64,000 nucleotides of DNA from the human T2T-CHM13v2.0 reference genome, Homo sapiens. The notes below the pieces were generated by a model. That model was not told where the DNA came from, ran no database searches, and saw only the letters and a list, made by a program, of their open reading frames with translations. Below are positions 32,466 through 45,436 of the stretch, piece by piece. Every line of letters begins with the position of its first letter. Position 1 is the stretch's first letter. A program made the translations under genes and the position numbers. The DNA is taken from assembly GCF_009914755.1 (NCBI RefSeq), contig NC_060942.1; one strand, 5' to 3'.

Positions 32466-32830
32466 AGTCTGCAGTGTCTTGTTCCTATGTTTATGTCCAT
32501 GTGTGCACAATGTTTAGCTCCCACTTATAAGTGAGAACATGTGGTACTTGTGTTTTTCTCTTCCTATGTTAGTTTGCTTAGGATTATAGCCTCCAGCTCC
32601 ATCCATGTTTTTGCCAAAGATATGATTTCATTCTTTTTTATGACTGTGTAGTATTCCATGGTGTATATGTACCACATTTTCTTTATCCAATCCACTACTA
32701 TGGGCACCTAGGTTGATTCCATGTCTTTGCTATTGTGAATAGCACGGTGATGAACATAGAAATACATGTGTCTTTTTGGTGTAATGATCTATTTTCCTTT
32801 GAATATATACCACTGCTGGGCCAAATGGTA
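32465..32830 (-). mobile_element. L1 3'UTR (old L1PA/L1PB-like), lacking its 3' terminus and poly(A)
   Basis: ttatgtccatgtgtgcacaatgtttagctcccacttataagtgagaacat ... gtattccatggtgtatatgtaccacattttctttatccaatcc. Confidence 0.88.
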
Positions 32831-33599
32831 GTTTCCCTCTAATATCTGATGATCCTGAGACGGCTGCTCTAGTTTATTCATGGTGTATTTAAAACAGCTT
32901 AATAGAATCTGTTTGCATATAGTTTTATGATTTTATGACATCTGGGTTTCACTGTAAGTGATTTGGCCAGTGCATTACAAGTTCAGTTTCTTAAGACCTT
33001 TTCCTTGGGTTGTCTAGAATGCCCACAGAAGACATTTCCAAATCCTTGCCTGAGAATGAAGTCATTCTGGAACTCAAGTGAAGGGAGAAGGCTGAGGGCT
33101 TCAAAATTCAATGTGTGAGCATTTACCGAAACCCTCCTTTTTCAGTACTGGGCATTCATTTTCAGCTGACTGGTCTCCTTCAGATCCTTGAACCTCTGGT
33201 GTACTCTCTTAGAAAATATATCTTCTGTCTTCTGTCTGGTTGTGGAAAAGGCAATATCCTGTCTGTATGGAGCAGAGGACAAGATCCAGGAGTCTGACTT
33301 CTTCTTAAACTTTTAATCAATCCTGTTTTCACACTACTTTTACCCCTTTTTCTAGTTTATTTGTAGTGTTACTGATTACTGTTTGTTTTGGTGTAAATTG
33401 GGGTTGCTCCTTGGTTTCCTTAAGCTGGCTAGAATTCAACCTTTCGGATTGTGCTAAGCTATTTACCACCTCCCTCTCTGTTCTCCAGCTTCCAAAGTTT
33501 TATTGCTATTATCTCCTCTTCCCATTTTGTCCTCGTGGGTTTGTCTTTTGTGAATCTTTCCAGCCTCCTCCTCCTGCCCTGCCCATTTTGTGCATTTTC

Positions 33600-34260
33600 T
33601 GGAGGAGGCAAGATTAATGAATTTATTCAGTCCTCCATTTTTGATGCTTGTTCCCCAGAGCCTACCAGCTTTCAGTCATGTAGCTTTTATCTTTATAATG
33701 TATCTATTTTCTATCCTCTCTGTCCTATTTCTTTTGGCACCATTCTAACTCAGACCTTCAGAAACTCCCTTGTAAACAAGATCTTCATCCCAAGATTCTT
33801 ACCATCCCAAGATTAAATCCATTTGGGATAACACTGCCAGGCTAACCTTCCCAAAGCATAGCACTGTGTACACCATCCCCTTGTTTAAAAACCTTTACAA
33901 CTTGCTACTAATCAACATGAAATATAAATGGTTCGCTCTTGTATTTAAGTTCTGGCATTATATCCCTTGAGACTTTTCTAACCTTGAGACTTATCTGTAA
34001 GTTCCTTATACTGCAGCAAAACTAACTTCTCTTTTTCTTCACCCCTTATTCACATCCTTGCCTTCTCACCTCCATACTTTTGTTTATTCTGTTTTTACCT
34101 CTTGCAACGTCCTTTTATAATTGTTGATATCTTATCCAGTTTTTCAAGAGTTGATACAAATGCTACCCCTTCAAGAAGCCTTCCTTGACCTCCTCAACAG
34201 AGTTTAGTTTGTCTACCCTCTCACCGCCCATGGGACTCTATACCTCTTTTATTCCCATGC
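33600..34260 (+). mobile_element. L2 fragment
   Basis: Pyrimidine-rich L2-like phrases (actgccaggctaaccttcc; aaatgctaccccttcaagaagccttccttgacc). Confidence 0.55.
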
Positions 34261-34267
34261 TCTGCTA

Positions 34268-34576
34268 TATTTATTTATTATTTATTTATTTTTTTGAGAT
34301 GGAGTCTCGTTCTGTCACCCAGGCTGGAGTGCGCTGGCACAATTTCGGCTCACTGCAACCTCCACCTCCCTGGTTCAAGCAATTCTCCCTGCCTCAGCCT
34401 CTGGAGTAGCTGGAATTACAGGTGCCAGACACCAGGCCTGGCTAATTTTTGTATTTTTAGTAGAGTCAGGGTTTCACTATTTTGGCCAGACTGGTTTTGA
34501 ACTCCTGACCTCAGGTGATCCGCCCGCCTTGGCCTCCCAAGTGTTGGGATTACAGGCGTGAGCCACTGCGGCTGGC
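34268..34576 (-). mobile_element. AluS
   Basis: Reverse Alu with (TTTA)n tail. Confidence 0.92.
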
Positions 34577-35005
34577 TACTCTTCCACATTTACTGAATGC
34601 TTACTCTGTGCCAGGCCCTATTCCAGGAAGTATGTAGCTTTAGGGTGCATAGTATAGGTTCTGGGACAACCCTCCCATCTCTGCCACTATCTCGGTGATC
34701 CTGGGTTCTTTATGCCTCAGCTCCTACAAAATAAAGATAATAATACCCACACTTCATGGTGCTTTTATGAAGATTAAATTGGATGATGCCATTAAGCACT
34801 GTGCCCGATGCACAGTACAAGCTTTACCTGCTCTTCTGCTTCTTTTGCTGCTGGTTCTTATGACTGCCCAGCTACCTGGCAGGGACTGTGTCCCCTCGAG
34901 AAACCAGTACTGCTCCCTTCCCACAGTTTATGCTGAATTAATAATTGCTGAAGTAGAACAAATGAGATCATCCTATCACCTGGCCAATCAAGACATCACT
35001 TCTAG

Positions 35006-35209
35006 CAGGGGTCAGCAAACTTATGTTAAGGGGCCAGATGATATTTTGGCTTTGTAGATCTCTTTTGCAACTACTCAACTCTGCTGTAATTTGTTGTAGT
35101 GCAAAAGAAGTCACACATAATACTGAAATAAATAGGTTTGACTGTGTTCCAATAAACCTTCATTTACAGAATCAGAGTTAGGGCACAGGCCATAGTTCAC
35201 TGAGCCCTG
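35006..35209 (+). mobile_element. MER58-like hAT-Charlie MITE
   Basis: TIRs caggggtcagcaaact ... agttcactgagccctg; degenerate 8-bp TSD acttctag/acttagag. Confidence 0.8.
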
Positions 35210-35308
35210 ACTTAGAGCAGCAAATACGAGGCAGCAACGCTTAAAAACTATAGCTTCCACTCATTAGTTAACGTATTTCTTTAGACATTCTAGTTTCTTT
35301 TTGCCATC

Positions 35309-36893
35309 TGTGATGGTTAGTGCTACATGTCAACTTGGCTAGGCCATGGTACCCAGCTATTTAGTCTGGAGTCAGGTTCACCAGGAGGATATATATGCTC
35401 TGAATCAGTATCCAACATATGGTATGGTTTGTCCCATAACCAGGATTCACAGGTCCCAGAATCAAGGAGTGGAAGTGGGAGTGGCACCACTCACTGTTAT
35501 CCCTACTGATCCACTAGCAAAATTTTTGCTTCCTGTTCCTATAACTTTATGTTATATTGGCCTAGAGGGCCTAGTTTCAAAGGGAGGAATACTTCTAGCA
35601 ACAGAAGCAAAAATGATTCCATTGAACTGAAAATTAAGGTGCCACCTGGCTACTTTGGTCTCCTCATGCCTCTGCATCAGCAGGCAAAAAAGGGAGTTAT
35701 TGTTCTAGCTGGGGTGACTGATCCTGGCTACCAAGGGGAAATTGTACTGTTACTCCACAACAGAGGGAAGGAAGAATGTCTGGAACACCAGAAACACCTT
35801 AGGTGGTCCCTTAGTATTGTCACACCCTGTGATTAAAAAGTCAGCAGAAGACAACAACTCAATTCAGGCAGGGCTAACATCTCAGATCCTTCAGGAATGA
35901 AGGTGTGGGTCACCTAACCAGGTAGAGAAAGAACCACGATCAGGCGAGGTGCTTGCTGAGGGCAAAGGGAATATGGGTTGTGTGGTAGAAGGTGGCAGGT
36001 TACATGTATCAGCTATGACCACGGGACAAGTTACAGAAAAAAGCCCTGTAAATTGTCATGAGTATTTCTTATCTTTCCATGGATTATTTCCATGTCTCTC
36101 TGTGTGTGTGTGTGTGTGTGTGTGCACCTGCATGCCAATCTTTGTTTTCTTCCTTCTTTTATCTTCTTATCATATGTCATAAGATGTAGTGACTTTATAT
36201 CACAGTATTTAAGTACTGTTAACTTTACATCACAGTATTTACATTAAAGCATATCAAGGAGATGCTGGAAAAGTCCAGTGCCCCAGGACTTCATACCCTC
36301 TTCTGGGGAAAGGGTTAGTGTGTTTCATGCAGCATAGTTGCAGCATGTCAGATGAACATACAACTTCGTTATTGCCTTTATCTGGAGATTAGGTATGGTT
36401 TAAGAAGATGCATATGGGTGCCAAGTTGACAAGGCATAGATTTGTGATAATTTTTTGTGTCACCTTGGCTAGGCCAAAGTGTCCAAATATTAGGTCAAAC
36501 ATTATTCTACGTGCTTCTGTGAAGATATTTTTTAGATGAGATTAACATTGAAATCAGTAGACTTTGAGTAAATCAGATGACCCTCCATAATGCGGGTGGG
36601 CCTCATCCAATCAGGTGAAGGTCTTAATAGAAAAAACCTGACCTCCCCTCCCACACCCCACCAATCTAAGGGGGACTTCTGGCCAGCAGATTCCAACTGC
36701 AACTCCTCCCTGGATCTCTTGCCTGCCTGCCTGCCTACAATGAAGATTTTGGACTTGCATCTCCACAATCTCATAAGCCAATCCCTTTAAAAAAGTCTCA
36801 ATCTCTCACTCAGTCTCAGTCTCTCCCTCTCTCTCCTACATAGAAAATCGAAATCAAAATTGGTTCTATTTCTCTGGAGAACCCTAATATACA
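35309..36893 (+). mobile_element. Internally deleted ERV-L (MLT2-LTR) provirus: 5' LTR stub, pol-end/dUTPase fragment and complete 3' LTR (36443-36893)
   Basis: Two LTR starts (tgtgatggttagtgctacatgtcaacttggctaggcc; tgtgataattttttgtgtcaccttggctaggcc); LTR end ctctggagaaccctaatataca; ERV-L protein motifs in between. Confidence 0.85.
35390..35835 (+). pseudogene. ERV-L integrase C-terminus/dUTPase relic
   Basis: ORFs 35346..35630 (YALNQYPTYG...GVAPLTVIPTDPLAKFLLPVP) and 35549..35836 (PPGYFGLLMP...GVIVLAGVTDPGYQGEIVLLLHN, dUTPase motif 3). Broken by a TGA at 35628-35630 and a frameshift just after. Confidence 0.85.
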
Positions 36894-38738
36894 ATATTTT
36901 CTGAAATACTGCATTTGTACTTTGCATTCTTTGATGATAGAAACAATTATGACTAAAGATATCTTTAGTAAAAGAAACAATCATTGACTTTTTCCCACAG
37001 ATTAAAACAAACATGCTATGAAAAGTGTTCTAGCAAAAAGCAACAGAGCAGAGAATTAGCTCTGGCAAAACAACTTTCAGCATGTGTGACCACTTTTCCT
37101 GAAAATATTCAGTTCTGGGTTATGTTAATTATAGGTGCTGTAGTCTCTTTAGGATGAGGGAGACTACTTTTAAGGCCTAGATGTTTGAAACCACTAATAT
37201 TGAAAGAAACTCTAAGTATGTGGTATCCATGCAATGTGTTTTTAATTAGGTTGGGCAAGGTCTTTAGATAAGATCTTAAACCAAAGGGGCTAAACTTAAT
37301 TTTCTTTCGAGTCTGCCAAACTGCAACATAAAGGACACAGCTGGTGACTGAGAAAAGCTGTTATAGAAAGAAGTGCAATTATTGTGACTTTTGTGGGTTT
37401 ACCCATCATGCTATAACCAACAGAATTGAGAAATTCAGCAGAGAGAAATTCAGCTTAGAGAAACCCAACACCACATCAACCATCACACGTGGAGCGATTC
37501 CCAGCCAGCCTTCCTATGGCAGCTTTCTCAAAGGTCACAGCTATGGTTCAATGAACTGTCCCAACCTTCCACAGAAAACAGCGATAAATGGGAGGGATTC
37601 ATCTGTTTCTAACTGATCAAAAATGGTGCTCTATGAGATAATGCAACAGAATTAGCTTGGCTGGGCTCTAGATCTTCTATAGAGATCTGGCTTCTTGGGC
37701 AAAGGTGAAGAAAACTGTTTCACATTCCCCACCCACCTCACCCTAGCCCTGAACAAGCTTAACCCCATGCCCTTCAAACAAATAGTCTTTACTGCTTTCT
37801 GTGTCAGGGCTCTGCCTGGAACCCTCTGTAGCCCTCTACTTTCTACTTGTTTAAGTCCTGGGCAGTCTTCCTTGATAACATGGTCTCACTTCTCCCCTCA
37901 TTTCTGAGACCCTCTTTGACTGCCCTGGGCCTCTGTGTATATGTCCCCTCTGAACACTTTCTGCTTTGAATGTCTCTACTGCACATATTGCAGTTATTAC
38001 TAACAATGACAACAGCAGCAATAACAGCAGCCACCATTTATCAAGCATATAATAAGAAACAGCCTCTGTTCCAAGTGCTTGACATGTGGCAAAATTCTTA
38101 AAACCATAATTTAACCCACATACTAATACTACCCTGTAAGAACTAAGGCTTAGAAAGTAACCTGAACTTGCCCAAGGTCAAAGCTATTAGTAGGACATAG
38201 AAGCATGATTAAAATCTAGGTCTCTCTGATTCTATCTGCTCCCCATCCTGGCTTCTCAACTTGAATGCATACAACTTGAGGGCTGGGTCCCCGCCTTACT
38301 TTGCTCTGTATCTCTATCTGAGTGCTGGGTTGAACACTCAGGTACTGTTTGCTGATGGTCATGTAAAGGGACTTAAAGTTTAGCAGGTGAAAGGCAGGTA
38401 AAGAAAGCAGGTAGAGAGGTCAAGGGAGGAGGGTTGGTTCTAATTGTGTGTAAAATTACACAAATGGGCTAATTGGGGGATTATAGCTCATTAATCATAA
38501 AACCTGAAATACTATATAAGAATGACTCAATGTGTGCAAACACATCATGTAATGATTCAGACACTGCACGCTACATATAACAAAATTGGCGTCAGAAAAA
38601 TTTGATGCCAAAAAATATACACAGACAGATACACAGATAATCAGACACAGATAAGACCTATATTCCATGAACATCTAAAGTTGATAGACTTTGAATGATT
38701 AGTTGTGAATAAAGTGAGACAATATCTTTTTTATATTA

Positions 38739-38834
<96 letters not shown>

Positions 38835-39479
38835 CTAAAAATAAAATTCTTTCCAGTTATTGTTGTTTGAATGAAATAACTTGTGCCCAGGAAACATTGA
38901 GGCATAAAGCAAAGTAGGGGTGAAGTATTTTTAAGGCAATCTGAGATTAAAAGAAAAAATATCAATAATACATGACATTTTCTAATACCGGGATATTCTT
39001 TCTGCTACATAATATATGAAATCAACATTTTGAATCCTATGAAATTAAATAATTAACTCCGACTTCAAGATACTTATATTAAGCAATTAAAGGAGTATAG
39101 GGCATAAATAGGAAAAGGACCTTCAAGGGTGACCAGGCCTCTCATTCCACAGGCCAAAGAGATACAACTTGTTTATTATAACAATGAATCATAATAACAA
39201 TACTTGGCTAATTATAACATAATGATTGTTAATTGTAATATAACAATAATTAGGTAGTCAACTATTAAGACCAAGACTGGAACCCAAGCATTCTGATTCT
39301 CATTTGAGTGATTTTTTTTTTTTTAAAACACTTGTACCATATAAGAAACTGAAAGGTACCTAAATGATCTGAATTTAAAATATAGCAAACAGGTCATTCC
39401 TAACATAAATATTCAATACTTACTCCACTTCAACCAAGCTAATTTAACCAAGTTAACTACCTACTAGAAGAAAAATATT

Positions 39480-40460
39480 TACACTCTCTGAATGAATACA
39501 GCCAGATGCAGGCTCTCCACAACATAACATGTACAAATGTGACCCATTCTCAAAGAGAAGACAATCAATGCTGCAATCTCCAAAATAACCTATATGTTGG
39601 AATTATCAGACTTTAAAGTAGCTATTTAACTATGTTCAACTACATAAAGGAAAATATACCTGCAATGAACAAAACAGAAAATCTCAGCAGAGAAACTACT
39701 AAAAGAACAAAACAGAAATTATAGAACTGACAAATAGATCTGAAATTTTTAAACATGCTGCTGGATGTGCTTAGCAGAAGAATGGGGGAATGATGCAGGA
39801 AATAATTTGTGAATTTGAAAATAAATGAAAATTATCCAATCTGAAGGAAAGAGAAAAAAAGACTTAAAAAAAGGAACAGAGACGTGTGGGCTAATATCAG
39901 AGGTCTAAGGTCTGGTACTTGGAGTTGTAGAGGGAGAGGAGACAGTAAATGGAGCAGAAAAATATATTTGAAAAAACAGTGGCTGTAAACCTCCAAAATT
40001 GAGTGAGAGACATAAATTTTCAGATTAAAGAAGTTTGGCAAGCCCCAAACGCCTAACTACACACATACACAAAATGCCTAGAGATGTCATGGTCACGCTG
40101 CTGAAACCTAAAGAGAAAATCCTGAAAGCAGAGAAAAATTACACATGATATACAGGGAAAGGATGATTTTAATAACCACGAACCTCTCATCAGAAAACCA
40201 CAGTAACCAGAAGACAGTGATATGACATCCTTTGAGTGCTGAGAAAACAAACTTGTGCAACCCAGAATATCCAGTGAAAATATCCTTCAAGAATGAAGAT
40301 GCAATGAAGACATTTCAGATTTAAAAAAACTAAAAATTCATTACCAGCAGACCTGTGTTAAAGGGAGTTCTTCAGGCTAACAGGAGATGACACTAGAGGG
40401 AAATGTACATTTTTAGGAAGGAATGAAGAGCATTATAAACAGTAAATATCTGAGTACATA
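39480..40460 (+). mobile_element. Old L1M ORF1-region fragment
   Basis: A-rich L1 ORF1 phrases (aaagagaaaatcctgaaagcag; cccagaatatccagtgaaaatatccttcaagaatgaag; attcattaccagcagacctg). Confidence 0.75.
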
Positions 40461-40466
40461 TGAAGA

Positions 40467-41096
40467 ATTTTTAAGTTCTGGATACATGTGCAGCGCGTGC
40501 AGGTTACATAGGTATACGCCATGGTGGTTTGCTGCACCCATCAACCTGTCGTCCAGGTTTTAAGCCCTGCATGCGTTAGGTATTTGTCCTAATGCTCTCC
40601 CTCCCCTTGCTCCCCATCCCTCAACAGGCCCCAGTGTATGATGTTCCTGTCCCTGTGTCCATGTGTTCTCATTGTTCAACTCCCACTTACGAGTGAGAAC
40701 ACGCGGTTTTCTGTTCCTGTGTTCGTTTGCTGAGTGATGGTTTCCACTTTCATCCATGTCCCTGCAAAGGACGTGAACTCATTCTTTTTTATGGCTGCTT
40801 AGTATTCCATGGTGTATGCCAGTTAGAATGGCGATCATTAAAAAGTCAGGAAACAACAGATGCTGGAGAGGATGTGGAGAAATAGGAACATTTTTACACT
40901 GTTGGTAGGAGTGTAAATTAGTTCAACCATTGTGGAAGATAGTGTGGCAATTCCTCAGGGATCTAGAACCAGAAATACTGTTTGACTCAGCAATCCCATT
41001 ACTGGGTATATACCCTAAGGATTATAAATCATTCTACTATAAAGATACAGGCACACATAGGTTTATTGCAGCACTATTCACAATAGCAAAGACTTG
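40467..41096 (-). mobile_element. L1PA (L1PA7/8-like) 5'-truncated insertion with 5' inversion
   Basis: 40467-40818 is the L1PA 3' end on the minus strand; 40819-41096 is ORF2 C-terminal sequence on the plus strand (WKIVWQFLRDLEPEILFDSAIPLLGIYPKDYKS). Confidence 0.9.
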
Positions 41097-41864
41097 CTCT
41101 GAATTTCTTAAAGCAAAAATAATAACATACATTGTCTTACAAGGTTTATAATGTATGTAGTTGCAATAAATATGACAACTGTAGGAAAAAATGGCAGTTG
41201 GTTAAATGGACCTATATGGTTATAAAGTCTCTACATTTTATGTAAAATAGCACAACCCTGGCATTTCTGCTGGAGCTAATGTTCCCTTTGTCTCATTGTC
41301 TCCTGCTCGCATTACTTTCCCCATTCCTTGCTTTCACCACTTCCATCATCATATATGAGAAGCTGAGAATTAACCAGCTTACAGTGGATCTGCAAATCTC
41401 AAGAATATACCCCAAGATATTTTGACTATAAAGGTTAAATTACCGTTTTTAAGAAGTATTTTTTTTTGTAACTATTAAAGACATAAGATTCAAGGTCATT
41501 CCTACTGCAACATCATTCTCGCTCATTTGTGTTTGGGCATGCTTTCTAGGAAGAGAAACTGAGTTAAACGTGGTCTACCAGCTGGGAACTGCATGTCACC
41601 TACAGCCTATCATGTCACCTGTGTGAACACACCATTTACACATCATGGTGGAGAAAGGAGCACAAACCACTGATTTGGGAAATTAGACATTATCTGTGTC
41701 TTAAAACAAGTTTCAGCTTTGTCAAATAATTAGAACTTTCATGTAGGTTACATAAGGTCTTCTAAGAATTTTGGTACACTTTAGTTTTTATTAAAATGTG
41801 ATGAAAAAATTATTTAAGATCATTATTTTCTACTCTTGCAAATTAGTATAATCTGATTTTATTA

Positions 41865-42053
41865 CAGGTTGAGTAACCCTCATCTGAAATACTTGGGACT
41901 AGAAGTGTTCGGATTTCAGATTATTTTGGAGTTTGGCATATTTGCAGAATACCAGCTGAGCATCCCCAGTCCAAAAATCTGAAATCTGAAATGTTTCAAT
42001 GAGCATTTCTTTTGAAAATGTTTCAAAATTTTGGATTAGGGATGCTCAACCTG
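41865..42053. mobile_element. Tigger4/MER46-like TcMar MITE
   Basis: TIRs caggttgagtaaccct / agggatgctcaacctg flanked by TA at 41863-41864 and 42054-42055. Confidence 0.85.
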
Positions 42054-44043
42054 TATTGGTCAAATCAATTTGCTGCACTACAATTTGGTCTGCCAGGTAA
42101 ATTACCATTCCTAGGAGAAACTTAAGTAATCTCCTCCTGAAACAAAATTTATAAAAATTTCATAAAATCCCTAATTAGTTTTATGTGAAATTTATGAAAA
42201 GTTCATACAATTGTTAAAAGTCAAATTTGGTAACAGAAATTCTGAAGCATAACTGGGAACAGCAACTCCACTTCATTCCTCTCCCTGTAACATTTCTCAC
42301 ATGCAATGCAGTGGTGGTAGATATCTTACTTCAAAAGCATATGAAGTATGCTTTCAATATAAAAACAGTGGCATTTGGGATGCTATCAAAACAGACTTGA
42401 GTGATACAGCTAAGGTCCCCCTGCCTGTACTGGAATTCCCAGCATAGATTAATTTGACATTTTATGTTAGAAGGAAATCATCCATCCAATTTACCAATAT
42501 GAATGATGTGTGGCAGTGTCCAGAGTGCTCTTATTAGACATAATTTTCCAACCTCTCAAACTAAATTATAATTTTACATACCAAGAGAAGCCCATGAAGA
42601 TATAAATTTATGATGAGGTACCAGAAGTACAGGGTCCACCTTTATATTGCATGAAACTTAAACTCTGTCTAGTTTTCCATAGTTTAAAAAAGTTCAAGCT
42701 CCTAACAACCAGAAGGAAAACTGGCTTGAGTATTCACTAAAATTTTACGGTTATTCCTTACTCCATTACTTGAGGCTGTCCTACAGAAAACTATAAGAGG
42801 AAGAAAAGTGTACTAGATGATTTGAAACTCCAGTGATTCATGAGAAAGTTGGATACAAGGGGGAAAAACCCACGTGTTTTTGATACTCAAATCGAACATC
42901 ACATTTAAACATATGGTTTTATTTGTCTGTTTCTATTTTAATGCTGCATTTAAGATACAACCTCTGAGCTGTTTGATGGCGTTTTAAAGTTCATGCAAAT
43001 CAATATGATCCCTTACAATCTCTCTTTCCACATCCAAGACATTAAACTTGGGCACTGTGACCTTTATGAGCATTTCAAGGGCTTAGGACTGTCCACGCAG
43101 TGGAGTAAGAAGCAACCTGTCATTTGCCTTTTCATGAAATCAGATAATGAAGTGATCTGATATGCTTTCAAAAGGCTATGGAACTCCATCAAGAGAAGAT
43201 CTGAGTTTCAGGATGGGCATGCATCATTTACATACCTGCTTAGCTAAGAATTTCCCCTTTGGGTTTTTTAATTGCATAACTGACCCCAGCTGTCTGCTCA
43301 AGGGAAGGAGTTGTGAGATTCCAGTGCGCCCTTCTGTCTTCCCTAGAGTTCCTGGGAATACATTATTTTGCATGTGAAACACCCATCAATCATAAATCAC
43401 CATTTAAAATAAATAATGACATATTCTGAAGTATTAAAAAAATAAACACTGGTTGCACGTTATACTGTTTCAAAGATTACTTACAACATTATTTACGTAC
43501 AATAAAGTTGAGACAGCCAAAGTGAAATCTTGTTACGCAAGCATGGGCACTTGTTAGATCTAACTACAAACACTGCTGTGTGGTTTTTATCTTTAGAAAA
43601 ACAAACTAAGATGGGGAAAGCTCGTGTGGATTCTGGGGAGACAATCATTCTTAATACGCTTCACGTGTTGTAGCTTGGTTTTCCAAATACAAATACTTTT
43701 CTCATTTCTTGGCAAGGGGAAGTGATTAGATGGTTGTTACATAGAAAGGGTGATATCTTGTAATCAAGAAAGTCTGTGGAGTTTCCCCCTGGGTGCCCCT
43801 GAGTATTAACACATGTAAAAAAAATAAATAAATAAAAGTCGTGCAGGCAGAAATACAGCCCTCCAGCCAGGAGTGTGTGTGAGCTTTTGGAAGGAAAAAC
43901 TACATCAGAAAAATGAAGATAACAGAGACTGCATCATCAGACTGTCTGCTGATCATTATGTTAGAGACTAGAAAAGAATTTTAAAAATAACTTCCTATAG
44001 TATTAGAAGACTAAAAGTGACCATGAAAGGCCAAGTGAATTAG

Positions 44044-44468
<425 letters not shown>

Positions 44469-45436
44469 AGATTTTTTTTTTTTTAATGAGAGAGAAAACT
44501 GCATGTTTGAGAGTATTTGAGAGTTCTTGGTGTTAAGGTAATGTGTAACAAATGGAGCATTGGCTTTGGGGTCAACAAATGTGGGCTAGAATTTTGGCTC
44601 TGACATTTACAGACCTAGGGATTGCTTGCGCCTTGCTCCTTGGCCTTGCTCCTTAATCTTGGCCTTGCTCCTTAATCTTGCTGAGCTTCAGACTCCTCAT
44701 GGACAAAACATGAATAAATAGTATCTGCCTTATGAGATAATTGACAGTATTACAGATAATATAAGAAAGGTGCCTAGCACAGGGCCTGGCTTGCAGTCAG
44801 AATATGTTCTAGCTGCAGCTTTGTAAATACAACAAGCAAATGGCAAAAGCAACTCTTCCCAGTTGCTTTCATCTTATGACTCATCTCTTTCTTTCCACCT
44901 CTTATTTAATGGCTGACAAATCTTTTCTTCTAAAAACAAAATAGGGGAAGAAATAGGGGGAAGACAAGTAGGGGGAGAAATTTTTGATTTCAAGAGGCCG
45001 GAAAAGAAATGTTATATTGCTTTCTTCTTTTACAAGTTAACCTCAAATAATGAAAACCAGAAATAAAAATGCAAGCCCCACACCCTATGGATTTAGGAGA
45101 CTTCTCTAACCCTGAAACACAATGTATGAACATGGCAAGAGGATTGTGCAGGGTGGAATAACTTCATACCTGGGAGGCTCCAGGGGTGGCTACCGTGGAG
45201 AAGCCAGCCAGTCCTCCCTGCAGAACCTCAGCAAGGCTTAGAAACCAGAAGCACCAGCTATTAAGCAAAGTGGAGACCAGGGTGCAGCAAGATGATCTCC
45301 AAGTCTGGTGAGAAGGAAGACTTCCATCTTTCTCCCCAACCCCAAAGCAAGTAGCCCCTATCATTTTCCTACTGCAACAAGAAGCAAGAGGTATATTCTT
45401 TTGGAAAACTATACCCAAATAAAACAAGGAAACCCC

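Noticed and set aside
31308-32534. Three overlapping 368-408 aa Pro/Ser/Thr-rich ORFs (extensin/mucin-like)
   Set aside because: All three plus frames are open because the VNTR is nearly G-free and lacks TAA. Frames interconvert with C-run length, and they are antisense within a CCBE1 intron. Compositional artefact.
35346-35836. Functional or domesticated dUTPase gene
   Set aside because: In-frame stop, frameshift, altered motif 3 (VTDPGY) and loss of upstream pol and promoter.
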